A stretch of DNA of 62,775 nt, the filler included. It is 6 parts of 6 records of this genome, joined end to end, with 100 filler letters (N's around TTAATTAATTAA, not from the genome) between each part and the next. Parts side by side here need not be neighbours in the genome. Positions count along the whole stretch, not along the records: positions 34,210 to 41,636 come from SRR31156797_14779; positions 41,737 to 57,087 come from SRR31156797_14787; 4 more parts are not named here. The stretch is one strand, 5' to 3'. Numbering within the stretch: the first letter of the stretch is position 1; each line of letters begins with the position of its first letter. Below the pieces are notes generated by a model that was not told the DNA's origin, made no database searches, and saw only the letters and a list, made by a program, of their open reading frames with translations. The translations under genes and the position numbers were made by a program. Below, one piece after another: positions 40,821 through 49,443 of this stretch.

Positions 40821-41195
40821 ATGAAATTACTTGGAAACATCATCTGGTGGATATTCGGTGGACTATTAACGGCTGTAGAGTATTTTGTAGCCAGTGTTGT
40901 CATGATGGTCACGATCGTCGGTATCCCTTTTGGATTACAAACCCTTAAGATAGGTATGATGACTTTATTGCCTTTCAATACGGCTATCAAAGAAAAGGAA
41001 AAAAGCAACGGATTTGTTTCTCTTTTGATGAATATCATCTGGTTCTTCGTGGGTGGTATATGGATATCCTTGACCCATATTGTGTTTGGAGTTTTATTAG
41101 CCATTACCATTATTGGTCTCCCCTTTGCCAAGCAACATTTCAAACTTGCCGCTATTTCACTAAGTCCCTTCGGGAAAGAGGTTGTTACAAAATAA
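40821..41195 (+). CDS. yccF: YccF-domain inner membrane protein
   Basis: LGNIIWWIFGG...TIVGIPFG and NIIWFFVGG...TIIGLPFAKQHFKLA...PFG duplicated halves. Confidence 0.9.
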   Translation: MKLLGNIIWWIFGGLLTAVEYFVASVVMMVTIVGIPFGLQTLKIGMMTLLPFNTAIKEKEKSNGFVSLLMNIIWFFVGGIWISLTHIVFGVLLAITIIGLPFAKQHFKLAAISLSPFGKEVVTK

Positions 41196-41196
41196 T

Positions 41197-41568
41197 ATGA
41201 TCACGTATGAATACAACAACGAAAAGAAGATCCTGGAAGTCACCTTCGCTGATGAACTAAGACCAAGCGAAATCATGACATTTATGCAGAATGTCAATCA
41301 AGATAGAACACTACCCAATAAATTAAATTCTCTGATAGATGCCAGAACTGCAAGCTACGTTTTTGAACCACGTGACTTGCAGAATGTGGTCAAAGTTAAT
41401 TTTCATATGGACAGGCGATATGAAATGATAAATAATGCCATATTAACGAATAATCTCAACGAACCGGCACTGATGCTTTTCAAACAATACACCTTTGGCT
41501 CTGAAAATTATCATGTGGAATTATTTAAAGATGAACACGCAGCACTTTGTTGGTTAAAGTCGTTTTAA
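41197..41568 (+). CDS. Hypothetical protein, STAS/SEC14 (SpoIIAA-like) type
   Basis: LIDAR and C-terminal F-x-x-E-x-x-A-L-x-W-L pattern; about 123 aa. Confidence 0.55.
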   Translation: MITYEYNNEKKILEVTFADELRPSEIMTFMQNVNQDRTLPNKLNSLIDARTASYVFEPRDLQNVVKVNFHMDRRYEMINNAILTNNLNEPALMLFKQYTFGSENYHVELFKDEHAALCWLKSF

Positions 41569-41621
41569 CCGGTAAAACACTTCTAATATTTAATTTAATT
41601 GCAAATAAAAATGATCATATG

Positions 41622-41636
41622 GTAAAGACGCAGCAA
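41622..41636 (+). repeat. Possible truncated GTAG-type REP at the contig end
   Basis: GTAAAGACGCAGCAA resembles the GTAGAGACGC arm at 38917-38926; the contig breaks immediately after it. Confidence 0.4.
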
Positions 41637-41736
41637 NNNNNNNNNNNNNNNNNNNNNNNNNNNNNNNNNNNNNNNNNNNNTTAATTAATTAANNNNNNNN
41701 NNNNNNNNNNNNNNNNNNNNNNNNNNNNNNNNNNNN
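41637..41736. other. Artificial contig linker
   Basis: N44-TTAATTAATTAA-N44. Confidence 0.99.
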
Positions 41737-41766
41737 ACACGGGTTCGATTCCCGTTGGGACTACCA
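41737..41766 (+). tRNA. 3' end of a tRNA (probably tRNA-Glu), or its att-site duplicate
   Basis: T-arm ACGGG-TTCGATT-CCCGT, acceptor strand TGGGACT, discriminator A, then CCA; anticodon not in the contig. Confidence 0.8.
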
Positions 41767-41776
41767 CGGCTAATCT

Positions 41777-41817
41777 AACCCATTGATTTTATTGAACTGA
41801 AATCAATGGGTTTTCTT
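41777..41817 (+). terminator. Inverted repeat / terminator downstream of the tRNA
   Basis: AACCCATTGATTT-N10-AAATCAATGGGTT (13-bp perfect arms) followed by TTCTTT. Confidence 0.7.
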
Positions 41818-41988
41818 TCCTGTTTTTCCTCCATTTGCCCCCGTTTTGGCACCGGGTGCCAATTTTGATTCAAGTGCTGATCCATCATCCCTTGTAAGGT
41901 TTGGGATAAAGCGATTGTATCTTTTCCAAGTGGTCTCCTCACTGGCATGTCCGAGTGTTTTGGACACCCAACTTATATTTATTTTCCC
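41803..41988 (-). pseudogene. C-terminal remnant of a tyrosine integrase
   Basis: ISWVSKTLGHASEETTWKRYNRFIP retains the box II LGH and catalytic Tyr; no N-terminal or RHR region upstream; points toward the tRNA. Confidence 0.75.
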
Positions 41989-42020
41989 ATACCGGAATTC
42001 TAGGACATTTTTTCCCCATA

Positions 42021-42049
42021 TTGACATGAAAACTCTTTTTTAGTAAAAT
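42021..42049 (+). promoter_or_regulatory. sigma70 promoter upstream of iclR
   Basis: TTGACA-N17-TAAAAT. Confidence 0.7.
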
Positions 42050-42187
42050 TTATGCATTGTTGTTTCCATCAGTTTTTTGCTGCGGTTCTTAGGTGTGGTT
42101 TTAAACGCATCCGGGTCGATATTTCGGCACCGCTATTTCCCGGATCAGCAAAAACGGTAATCAAGGACTGAATTTATTATCCTTTCC

Positions 42188-42970
42188 ATGAAAAGTTCAA
42201 ATCCCATGAAATCAATGGTGCCGGCGCTTACAAGAGCTCTGAAGGTTCTTGAAGCCCTCACGGAAGATCCTTATGAAATGAATCTTGCAGAACTTTCCGA
42301 TCAACTGGAGATACCTTCGGCGTCTCTTTGGAGAATAATGAAGGTCCTCACTGATAATGAATACGTCATCTTCGATAGAAAAAGGCATACTTATCGTCTC
42401 GGTTTCAAATTGACCCAAATGGGCAATGTTTTGCTCAGCGGATCACATTTCAGATCCCGGGCAAGAGAATATCTTAAAAAGCTGGCTGAAACAACAGGTG
42501 AAACAGCGGAACTGGATGTAAAAATTCGAGACCAATTGATTCTCATGGATCAGGTTACCGGACCCAACGCCGTATATCTTTATTCCCATCAGGGAAGCGT
42601 CATGCCCTATTTCCACGCCACTGCTCCGGGAAAGATCTTCCTTTCGCAAATGGAAACGCAAAAGCTCCGAAATGTCATGAAGAAGATGGGCTTTCCAAAG
42701 CTTACGCCCCATACCATACAAAACATCGATCAATTGGAGAGGGAACTCGAAAAGGTAAAGATCGATGGTTACGCGGCGGATGTGGAAGAAATGCGCGAGG
42801 GAGTAGGACGGGTGGCGGCGCCGGTATTCGATCAATCCGGAAAGGTGATAGCATGTTTGACCATCGCCTGCCCAGCTTTCAGGCTCAAAGAACAAAACAT
42901 GACGTATGAATACGGACTCCGCGTAAAAGAAACGGCGAAGGAAATGACCATAGCTTCAGGAAGGATATGA
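42188..42970 (+). CDS. IclR-family transcriptional regulator
   Basis: VPALTRALKVLE HTH, YRLG, TGETAEL, HATAPGK, TPHTI, GYAADVEE, VAAPVFD (start may be 42206). Confidence 0.94.
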   Translation: MKSSNPMKSMVPALTRALKVLEALTEDPYEMNLAELSDQLEIPSASLWRIMKVLTDNEYVIFDRKRHTYRLGFKLTQMGNVLLSGSHFRSRAREYLKKLAETTGETAELDVKIRDQLILMDQVTGPNAVYLYSHQGSVMPYFHATAPGKIFLSQMETQKLRNVMKKMGFPKLTPHTIQNIDQLERELEKVKIDGYAADVEEMREGVGRVAAPVFDQSGKVIACLTIACPAFRLKEQNMTYEYGLRVKETAKEMTIASGRI

Positions 42971-43035
42971 GCTTTGCCCTTCCATACCATGGAAACGAAC
43001 GCCCAAAAAAAGATCCTGCTCCCGGAAATTTTCAC

Positions 43036-44241
43036 CTACATTAGTTCTGAATCCAGAAAACCCAGATTCAGTTTTTTAAGCACTCGGACGATGTTATTGA
43101 GTTGAACCTCCACGGTTCCCTCGTATATCTCCACGATCCTGTTATCCCGATACCGCCTTTCCACTTCTTGTTCAAGGAAATATCCGTATCCTCCGAATAT
43201 GCTGATGGCGTCATCAATGATGGATTTAGCCGTTTCGGGCACATGATGCTTCACAATTGACGTATAAAGAGGCATGACATCGGTCTTTTTATTCCCTTCC
43301 CTATCACAAAGCCATGCACCGTAATAGGTTAACCATTTGACGGATTGTATCCGACTCCACATGCGGCCCAGCTTATGACCCACCGCCTGAAAATCAATGA
43401 TGGGCTTTTCAAACTGTTGCCTTTCCCTGGCGTGCTTCAGGGCTTTCAGAAAGGCCCCTTCGGCATTCCCCAAGGCCTGAGCCCCTATCTCGATTCGGCT
43501 TTCATCAAGGAAATCGAGCACATTAAGGAGTCCCCGGCCTCTTTCGCCCAGCACATTATCCTTGGAAACCTTAAGATCACGAAATACGAGTTCACTGCTT
43601 GACGTCATGCGGAGCCCCATTTTATTGGGAATTTCATTAATTTCAAGGCTGCCTCCCAGCCAAGAGGCAGAGTCCCGCTCCACGATAATGGTGGTCATAC
43701 CTTTGCAGGAGGAAGTTTCCGGAACCTCCTGGGCCAGGACAATAAAAAAATCCGCATATGCACCGTTTGTGGTAAACATTTTGACGCCGTTTATGACGAA
43801 TCCGTCGGCCTCTTCTTTAAGGGTCGTATTCATGCGGGTGAGATCGCTGCCGTGGTCGGGTTCGGTAAAAGAAACACCCGAAACAAAATCACCTTTTATC
43901 AAGGGTTCCAGAAATCTACGCTTCTGCTGGGGGGTGGCGAAGATTTTCACGATTTTCGCGGGGAGAAAAGCCAGATGAATGGCCATTCCCATTCCTGAAT
44001 CAGCCTTGCAAAACTCTTCTATAACCAGAGCATTCTCCGTAATCCCCACACCCCCCCCGCCGATATTTTCAGGATAGTCCAGACCGATGAAGCCAAGCTC
44101 TCCAGCTTTTTTATATATCTCTCGGGGGAACCGATGATTTAATTCGCAATCCTCAATCAGTTCCTGCTTAAATTCGCCCTTCGCAAACTCCCTGGCGGCC
44201 TTCTTAATATCTTTTTGTTCCTTTGTGAGGGAAAAATCCAT
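43036..44241 (-). CDS. Acyl-CoA dehydrogenase
   Basis: MDFSLTKEQ with GGAGG SD, FTEPDHGSD, NGVKMFTTNG, KMGLR, RQQFEKPI, FGGYGY, EIYEGT. Confidence 0.95.
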   Translation of the reverse strand: MDFSLTKEQKDIKKAAREFAKGEFKQELIEDCELNHRFPREIYKKAGELGFIGLDYPENIGGGGVGITENALVIEEFCKADSGMGMAIHLAFLPAKIVKIFATPQQKRRFLEPLIKGDFVSGVSFTEPDHGSDLTRMNTTLKEEADGFVINGVKMFTTNGAYADFFIVLAQEVPETSSCKGMTTIIVERDSASWLGGSLEINEIPNKMGLRMTSSSELVFRDLKVSKDNVLGERGRGLLNVLDFLDESRIEIGAQALGNAEGAFLKALKHARERQQFEKPIIDFQAVGHKLGRMWSRIQSVKWLTYYGAWLCDREGNKKTDVMPLYTSIVKHHVPETAKSIIDDAISIFGGYGYFLEQEVERRYRDNRIVEIYEGTVEVQLNNIVRVLKKLNLGFLDSELM

Positions 44242-44314
44242 TATCGCCTCCATAATTGAAAAACTTGTTCGGAAAACTGAAAGATAATCACGATAACCAA
44301 CCCACACGAACATG

Positions 44315-44374
44315 TATTTTCATATTTGATATGCATATTTCATATACGATAAATATTCGTGTCGATCCTGTCAA
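44315..44374 (-). promoter_or_regulatory. sigma70 promoter of the acyl-CoA dehydrogenase gene overlapped by two TTTCATAT-N-GATA elements (candidate operators)
   Basis: Minus-strand TTGACA (44369-44374) N17 TATCGT (44346-44351); TTTCATATTTGATA at 44318 and TTTCATATACGATA at 44338. Confidence 0.55.
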
Positions 44375-44577
44375 GGGGCTTTTTCACCATTTTTATGTTT
44401 TTGGAAAAAACGTGGTGACTCGCAAGTAGATGCATGCGATCCCCCCCCTCGAAGCTTGCCAGATCCCGTTACGAAAAGAGCCCGGGTAGTGATTACTTCA
44501 TTTGAATCATTCAGAGAAACAGCATGTTCTTGCACCGGGATGCGTGTTGGCTGTCGTTTATTTCACCAAAAAATGGG

Positions 44578-45213
44578 TCAATGTATGGGAGCCACCGCAA
44601 AAACGAGGCAGGTCCAGACAGCATGGGAAATCACCACGGGCCAGAGTCTTCCCAAACGCCAGTACATGAATCCCCAGAACAGACCGGCAACACCGGCCGC
44701 ACCCACGAGCATGAAATTTAAAGAAGAGATGTGCACTCCCGCATATAGAATGGAACCGACGATGCAACCCTTGAAATCGCCCATATGAAGGGAAAGACGG
44801 CGTTGAAGGAATCCCCGCCAGAAAATCTCCTCTGATGGGCTGGTAACAAAAAGCAACAGCAGGCAGATGGTCCATCCGGGGGTATTGTCGCCTTTGGCAT
44901 AGATGGCATCCACCTGGTTTTCGGCAAAAGGGAAAAGGGTATTTGAAATGGCGTTTCCCGCCAGGAAAATACCATAAAGGCATAAGGCGGACAAAATTCC
45001 CCACAAGATTGCGCGACCCGTCAAGTCCTTTAAGGGGAGTGGCCACCCCCCAAAGACCACCGCAAGAACGGCCAGGCATAGGGCCGAAAGGCTGATTTTG
45101 ATCCAGAAGTTGCCACAGGGTACAAAAAAGGCGAAAAACCAGCAGACGCCGGCGACGGCCAGGCACAATATCAGCGGGCGCGGATCCACCCCTTTTGTGT
45201 TCAGTTGAAACAT
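44578..45213 (-). CDS. CPBP (CAAX protease / Abi / Rce1-like) intramembrane glutamic endopeptidase
   Basis: EEIFWRG, YAGVH, SHAVW; start overlaps the menA stop. Confidence 0.88.
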   Translation of the reverse strand: MFQLNTKGVDPRPLILCLAVAGVCWFFAFFVPCGNFWIKISLSALCLAVLAVVFGGWPLPLKDLTGRAILWGILSALCLYGIFLAGNAISNTLFPFAENQVDAIYAKGDNTPGWTICLLLLFVTSPSEEIFWRGFLQRRLSLHMGDFKGCIVGSILYAGVHISSLNFMLVGAAGVAGLFWGFMYWRLGRLWPVVISHAVWTCLVFAVAPIH

Positions 45214-46088
45214 CTTTCCAGCAGAATGGAAACAAGGAGAAGTATCCCGAATACCGTATCCAGCTTGGCGGTGCGGGCGTCCGCGTCCGGCGGGCAGTCC
45301 CCGGATACAATTCGAAAAACAGGTCTTACCAGAGGGAGGGCCAGAAGAACCAGTAGGGACCATAGGGTCAAAGGACCCAGAACGCTCATGATCACCACGC
45401 CGAAAAAGGCCAGGAAAATGAGCGCACCATATACCAGGCGACCCCTGTAACTTCCCAATAAAAGGGGTAGTGTTTTGATGCCCTGCTTTTTGTCAAATGC
45501 CATGTCCCGAATGTTGTTGGCCAGCAGCACCAGCCCCACCAGGATTCCGAAGGGAAGTGATACCAGCACAATGGCGGGATCAAAGGTCCGGGTCTGAACA
45601 TAATGGGCCCCCAACATGGCCAGAGGGCCCCACAACAGAAACACCGTGGGTTCCCCCAGGGCATGGTATTTGAGGTTAAAGGGAGGCGCGGTATAAAAGA
45701 TGGCTGCCAGGACCCCGACGACCCCGATTAGCAAAATCGGCCAGCCGCGAGTGGCAGCCAGATACCATCCGATGGTGATGCCCAAAGCATAGAGCACCAG
45801 AGAAAAAACAAGCACCTGTTTAAGCCCCACGGCGTGATCAAGCAATGGGTGGGGCCGATACTGAACCGTGGGGGACAACGGTGTATCCACCCGGTTTTTC
45901 ACATCGTAATAGTCGTTCAGCAGATTGGTGGCGCCATGGAGGGCCACCATTCCCAGAAGGGCCAGGAAATACCCGCCAAAAGAAAATACACCTTCGGTGC
46001 CCCACACGGAACCGACGGTAACGGAAATGGCCGACATGGAAAATGACCAGGGCCTCGTGGCCAGGAACCAGGTTTTGATATCCGCCAT
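45201..46088 (-). CDS. menA: 1,4-dihydroxy-2-naphthoate polyprenyltransferase (UbiA family)
   Basis: WFLATRPWS, NLLNDYYDVKNRVD, YTAPP..LKYHALGE, NNIRDMAFDKKQGIKTL. Confidence 0.85.
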   Translation of the reverse strand: MADIKTWFLATRPWSFSMSAISVTVGSVWGTEGVFSFGGYFLALLGMVALHGATNLLNDYYDVKNRVDTPLSPTVQYRPHPLLDHAVGLKQVLVFSLVLYALGITIGWYLAATRGWPILLIGVVGVLAAIFYTAPPFNLKYHALGEPTVFLLWGPLAMLGAHYVQTRTFDPAIVLVSLPFGILVGLVLLANNIRDMAFDKKQGIKTLPLLLGSYRGRLVYGALIFLAFFGVVIMSVLGPLTLWSLLVLLALPLVRPVFRIVSGDCPPDADARTAKLDTVFGILLLVSILLERCFN

Positions 46089-46144
46089 GGTTTTTCCCCG
46101 GGACTAGCACACCTAAATTTTAAGAACCGCCGTTTTTATTCAGT

Positions 46145-47017
46145 TTACTGAAGGTGGTTTGCAATGGCCCAGTCGGCCACATCAACGGGGCTTTCCAACA
46201 CCGTCACACCGGCCGCCCCAAGGGCTTCGCACTTCCCTTCCACTGTCCCTGCTGAACCGCGGACAATGGCCCCCGCATGACCCATGCGCTTCCCCTGGGG
46301 AGAAAAACGTCCCGCGATGTAGGCGGCAACGGGCTTTTTCATGCGTGTGGAGATAAATTCAGCCGCCTGCTCCTCCTGGTCTCCGCCCACTTCTCCTACG
46401 ATAATCACCCCTTTGGTGTCATCATCCTTTTCAAATCGCCGGAGGATATCGGAGAGGTTGGTCAGCACAACCGGATCAGCCCCCATACCCACCACCGTAC
46501 TCTGCCCGACGTTTTTTTCAGACAGGATACCTGCGAATTCGTAGGAAAGGGTGCCGCTCCGGGAAATGATGCCGGCCCGTCCCGGTGCAAAGAGCGACGC
46601 GGGCATGATGCCCATTTTCCCTTTTCCGGGAACCAGGATCCCCGGCGTGGTGGGTCCCAGGGCAACCATATTTTTACCCTCCGAATAGGCCCGCATTTTC
46701 ATGACGTCGTGTACCGGAACGTGTTCCGGCACAATGACGATGAGTTCAACCCCCGCATCCACGGTTTCATAAAAGGCATCCAGCACAAAGGGGGCCGGAA
46801 CAAAAAACACGGAGGCATTGGCCCCGGTCTCCTTTACGGCCTCCCCCACGCTATCGAAAACCGGCAGTCCCTCGACGGTCTTGCCGCCTTTTCCGGGGGT
46901 TACGCCGCCCACCACATTCGTTCCGTATTCAAGCATCCAGCGCGTCTGCACACTGCCGATTCTTCCCGTAATTCCCTGAACAATAACCCGGGTATGGTCA
47001 TCTATGAATATACTCAT
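46145..47017 (-). CDS. sucD: SucD-like ADP-forming acyl-CoA synthetase alpha subunit
   Basis: VQGITG, GVTPGKGG, ISRSGTLSYE, GEVGG, RMGHAGA (phospho-His); GPTTPG replaces the canonical GPNCPG. Confidence 0.88.
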   Translation of the reverse strand: MSIFIDDHTRVIVQGITGRIGSVQTRWMLEYGTNVVGGVTPGKGGKTVEGLPVFDSVGEAVKETGANASVFFVPAPFVLDAFYETVDAGVELIVIVPEHVPVHDVMKMRAYSEGKNMVALGPTTPGILVPGKGKMGIMPASLFAPGRAGIISRSGTLSYEFAGILSEKNVGQSTVVGMGADPVVLTNLSDILRRFEKDDDTKGVIIVGEVGGDQEEQAAEFISTRMKKPVAAYIAGRFSPQGKRMGHAGAIVRGSAGTVEGKCEALGAAGVTVLESPVDVADWAIANHLQ

Positions 47018-47092
47018 TTTAAATCCTCTTCATGTCTATCGATTTAGATCTAAGTGCCTCACCGCTAATTGGACTACCGGGACCGCAAGGGT

Positions 47093-48229
47093 CTACGGGG
47101 CCACCAGTTCCACCAGTCGCGCAACGGCGACCTCGGTGGCCGCATCGGTTACCACATGGACGCCGCCCGAGCGAAGAATTTCCCATGTCTCCTCCTGGCG
47201 GTTTCCCAGGGCCTTGGCCACAATGGGAATTTCCAGATTGTTTTCTTTGATGAATTGTACCACCCCTTTGGCCCCTTCGTGAATGGGATTGATACCGCCG
47301 TAGATATTAATCAACAGACCTTTGATCCCTTTTTTGGTCGTGACCAGGTCCATGCATTTATAGAGCAGCTCCGCGGTAATGCCGCCACCGGTCTCCAGGA
47401 AATTGGCCGGTTTGAGGGTACGCCCGATAATGTCCATGCTGGCCATGCCTAGGCCCGCCCCCGAGCTGATCAGAGCGATATCCCCGTCCAGGTCCACATA
47501 GGTCACGCCGATTTCCTTCCCTTTCCGTTCAAGGGAGTTTTCAATGCGTTGCCAGTAATCGGGGAGGGGATGCTTGATCCTGGAGAGGGCGGAATTATCA
47601 ATTTCCAGGACTGAATCCACGGCCAGTACACCGCCGTTGGCCAATACGGCCAGGGGATTGATTTCCACCTGAAGCGCTTCAAGGCGGCTGAAAATCTTAT
47701 ACAGCTGTACCGTCACATCCGCACAGGCAATCAGGGTACGCTGGGAAAGACCCAGCTTCCTGAAAAGGTTTCGCGCATGATAAGGGTAGACACCGAACTC
47801 TGGGTCCACTTGAAATGAGGCGATTTTGTCAGGGGACTTTTCCGCCACCGCTTCAATATGCACACCGCCTTCGGTACTGGCCACCACCACCGGTCTTCCC
47901 GAATACCCGTCAATGGTGATGCCGATATACAACTCCTGGGCAATATCAGCCTTTTCGCTCACGAGAATCTTGCGAACTTTCAGTCCTTTGATCTCTTTCC
48001 CAAAGAGTTCGCCCGCCAGATCTTCCAATTCTTCCGGTGTTTCAGCGGTTTTGATGCCTCCGGCCAGGCCCCGCCCCCCCACCAGCACCTGGGCTTTAAG
48101 AATCACCGGGTATCCGATTTCCGCCGCAATTCGCGCGGCGTCTTCCACCGATTCCGCAACATCTCGTCTCGGCACCGGAATTTTCATGCTTTCAAAAATA
48201 TCCGCCCCTTCATATTCATGGAGTCTCAT
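47093..48229 (-). CDS. sucC: SucC-like ADP-forming acyl-CoA synthetase beta subunit (ATP-grasp)
   Basis: MRLHEYEG, KAQVLVGGRGLAGGI, EGGVHIE, EINPL, SSGAGLGMASMD, ANFLETGGG, NIYGGI. Confidence 0.87.
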   Translation of the reverse strand: MRLHEYEGADIFESMKIPVPRRDVAESVEDAARIAAEIGYPVILKAQVLVGGRGLAGGIKTAETPEELEDLAGELFGKEIKGLKVRKILVSEKADIAQELYIGITIDGYSGRPVVVASTEGGVHIEAVAEKSPDKIASFQVDPEFGVYPYHARNLFRKLGLSQRTLIACADVTVQLYKIFSRLEALQVEINPLAVLANGGVLAVDSVLEIDNSALSRIKHPLPDYWQRIENSLERKGKEIGVTYVDLDGDIALISSGAGLGMASMDIIGRTLKPANFLETGGGITAELLYKCMDLVTTKKGIKGLLINIYGGINPIHEGAKGVVQFIKENNLEIPIVAKALGNRQEETWEILRSGGVHVVTDAATEVAVARLVELVAP

Positions 48230-48367
48230 AGCAATTCATGTTCCTTTCATGGATTTTACAGGTTCACATTTCACCAATACGGTTCAATAAATCAATACGT
48301 TTTGGAGGAAATTACGCCAGGCAGGATAATCAAGGATTCCTGATACTATCTCACTTTACAACTTATT

Positions 48368-48396
48368 AGAATACAAAAAATGAAAGGATCTGTCAA
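48368..48396 (-). promoter_or_regulatory. sigma70 promoter of the sucC-sucD-menA-CPBP operon
   Basis: Minus-strand TTGACA-N17-TATTCT. Confidence 0.55.
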
Positions 48397-48571
48397 CTAC
48401 GAAAAAAAAGGTTGCACAGGGAGCCGGCCAGCATTGTCTTTCCGGTTGCCGGTTCTCAGGCTGTATGCTAAATTTCATCCCGACCGTTGTAAATTAAGGG
48501 CGTTTGAAACCTAGAGGAAAAGATGGCTCACATGGGACAGAGAGATGGGAAAATTTTTAGGGAGGTAGGAT

Positions 48572-49399
48572 ATGGCAAGAAAATTCGTAGTGTTGTGGGC
48601 GATGGCGCTGGTCCTTTTGACGAGTGGGCCATTGAGTGCTTCGGCAGCCGACAGTTTGATGTTGGCCACAACAACCAGCACCGATAACACAGGGTTGTTG
48701 GACGTTCTGGCACCTCAATTCAAAAAGGATACGGGGATTGAATTGAAATGGACCGCCGTGGGGACGGGGAAAGCCCTGGAGATGGGAAAAAACTGCGATG
48801 TGGATGTGTTGCTGGTGCATGCGCCGGCCGCGGAAAAAAAATATGTGTCCGACGGTTACGGCAGGGACCGAACCTTGGTGATGTACAATGACTTCGTCAT
48901 CATCGGTCCGAAAAATGATCCGGCAGGACTCAAGGATTCTTCCGTGCGCGAAGCCATGAAAAAGCTTACGGCCGGAAAAGCGGCCTTTGTGAGTCGTGGG
49001 GACAATTCCGGCACCAACAAAAAGGAAATTTCCCTGTGGAAGAAGGCCGGAATCTCCGTGCCGGATAAAGAAAAATGGTACATCCAGACGGGACAGGGCA
49101 TGATTTCCACCATCAACGTGGCCACTGAGAAAAGTGCCTACACCATGGCCGACCGCGGCACTTTCATCAAATTCGCCGACAATCACGGCGGCAATCCGCC
49201 CCTGGTGGTTCTGGTGGAAAATGATCCCGGACTGTTTAACCAATACAGTCTTATTGCCGTCAATCCGGTCAGGTGCAAAAATGCGCAATACGAACTGACC
49301 AGAAAGTTCACCGACTGGATGACCTCTAAAAAAATTCAGAATCTCATCGGCAACTTCAAATTGTTGAATAAAAAACTGTTCATTCCCAACGCCGGGTAA
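48572..49399 (+). CDS. tupA: Tungstate ABC transporter substrate-binding protein
   Basis: Signal peptide, LATTTSTDNTGLL, VGTGKAL, VHAP, MYNDF, FVSRGDNSGT, GQGM, DRGT. Confidence 0.93.
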   Translation: MARKFVVLWAMALVLLTSGPLSASAADSLMLATTTSTDNTGLLDVLAPQFKKDTGIELKWTAVGTGKALEMGKNCDVDVLLVHAPAAEKKYVSDGYGRDRTLVMYNDFVIIGPKNDPAGLKDSSVREAMKKLTAGKAAFVSRGDNSGTNKKEISLWKKAGISVPDKEKWYIQTGQGMISTINVATEKSAYTMADRGTFIKFADNHGGNPPLVVLVENDPGLFNQYSLIAVNPVRCKNAQYELTRKFTDWMTSKKIQNLIGNFKLLNKKLFIPNAG

Positions 49400-49443
49400 C
49401 GAAGCAGTTATTTTTTTTTCGGTAAGCAGCTTTTTTTAAATCC

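Noticed and set aside
44578..45213. CPBP 'Abi' gene as abortive-infection defence
   Set aside because: The Abi label for this family does not imply phage defence, and the context is metabolic.
48400..48571. Possible Moco/tungsten-cofactor riboswitch or ModE box upstream of tupA
   Set aside because: I could not find the characteristic stems or a convincing ModE dyad by eye; an Infernal search would be needed.
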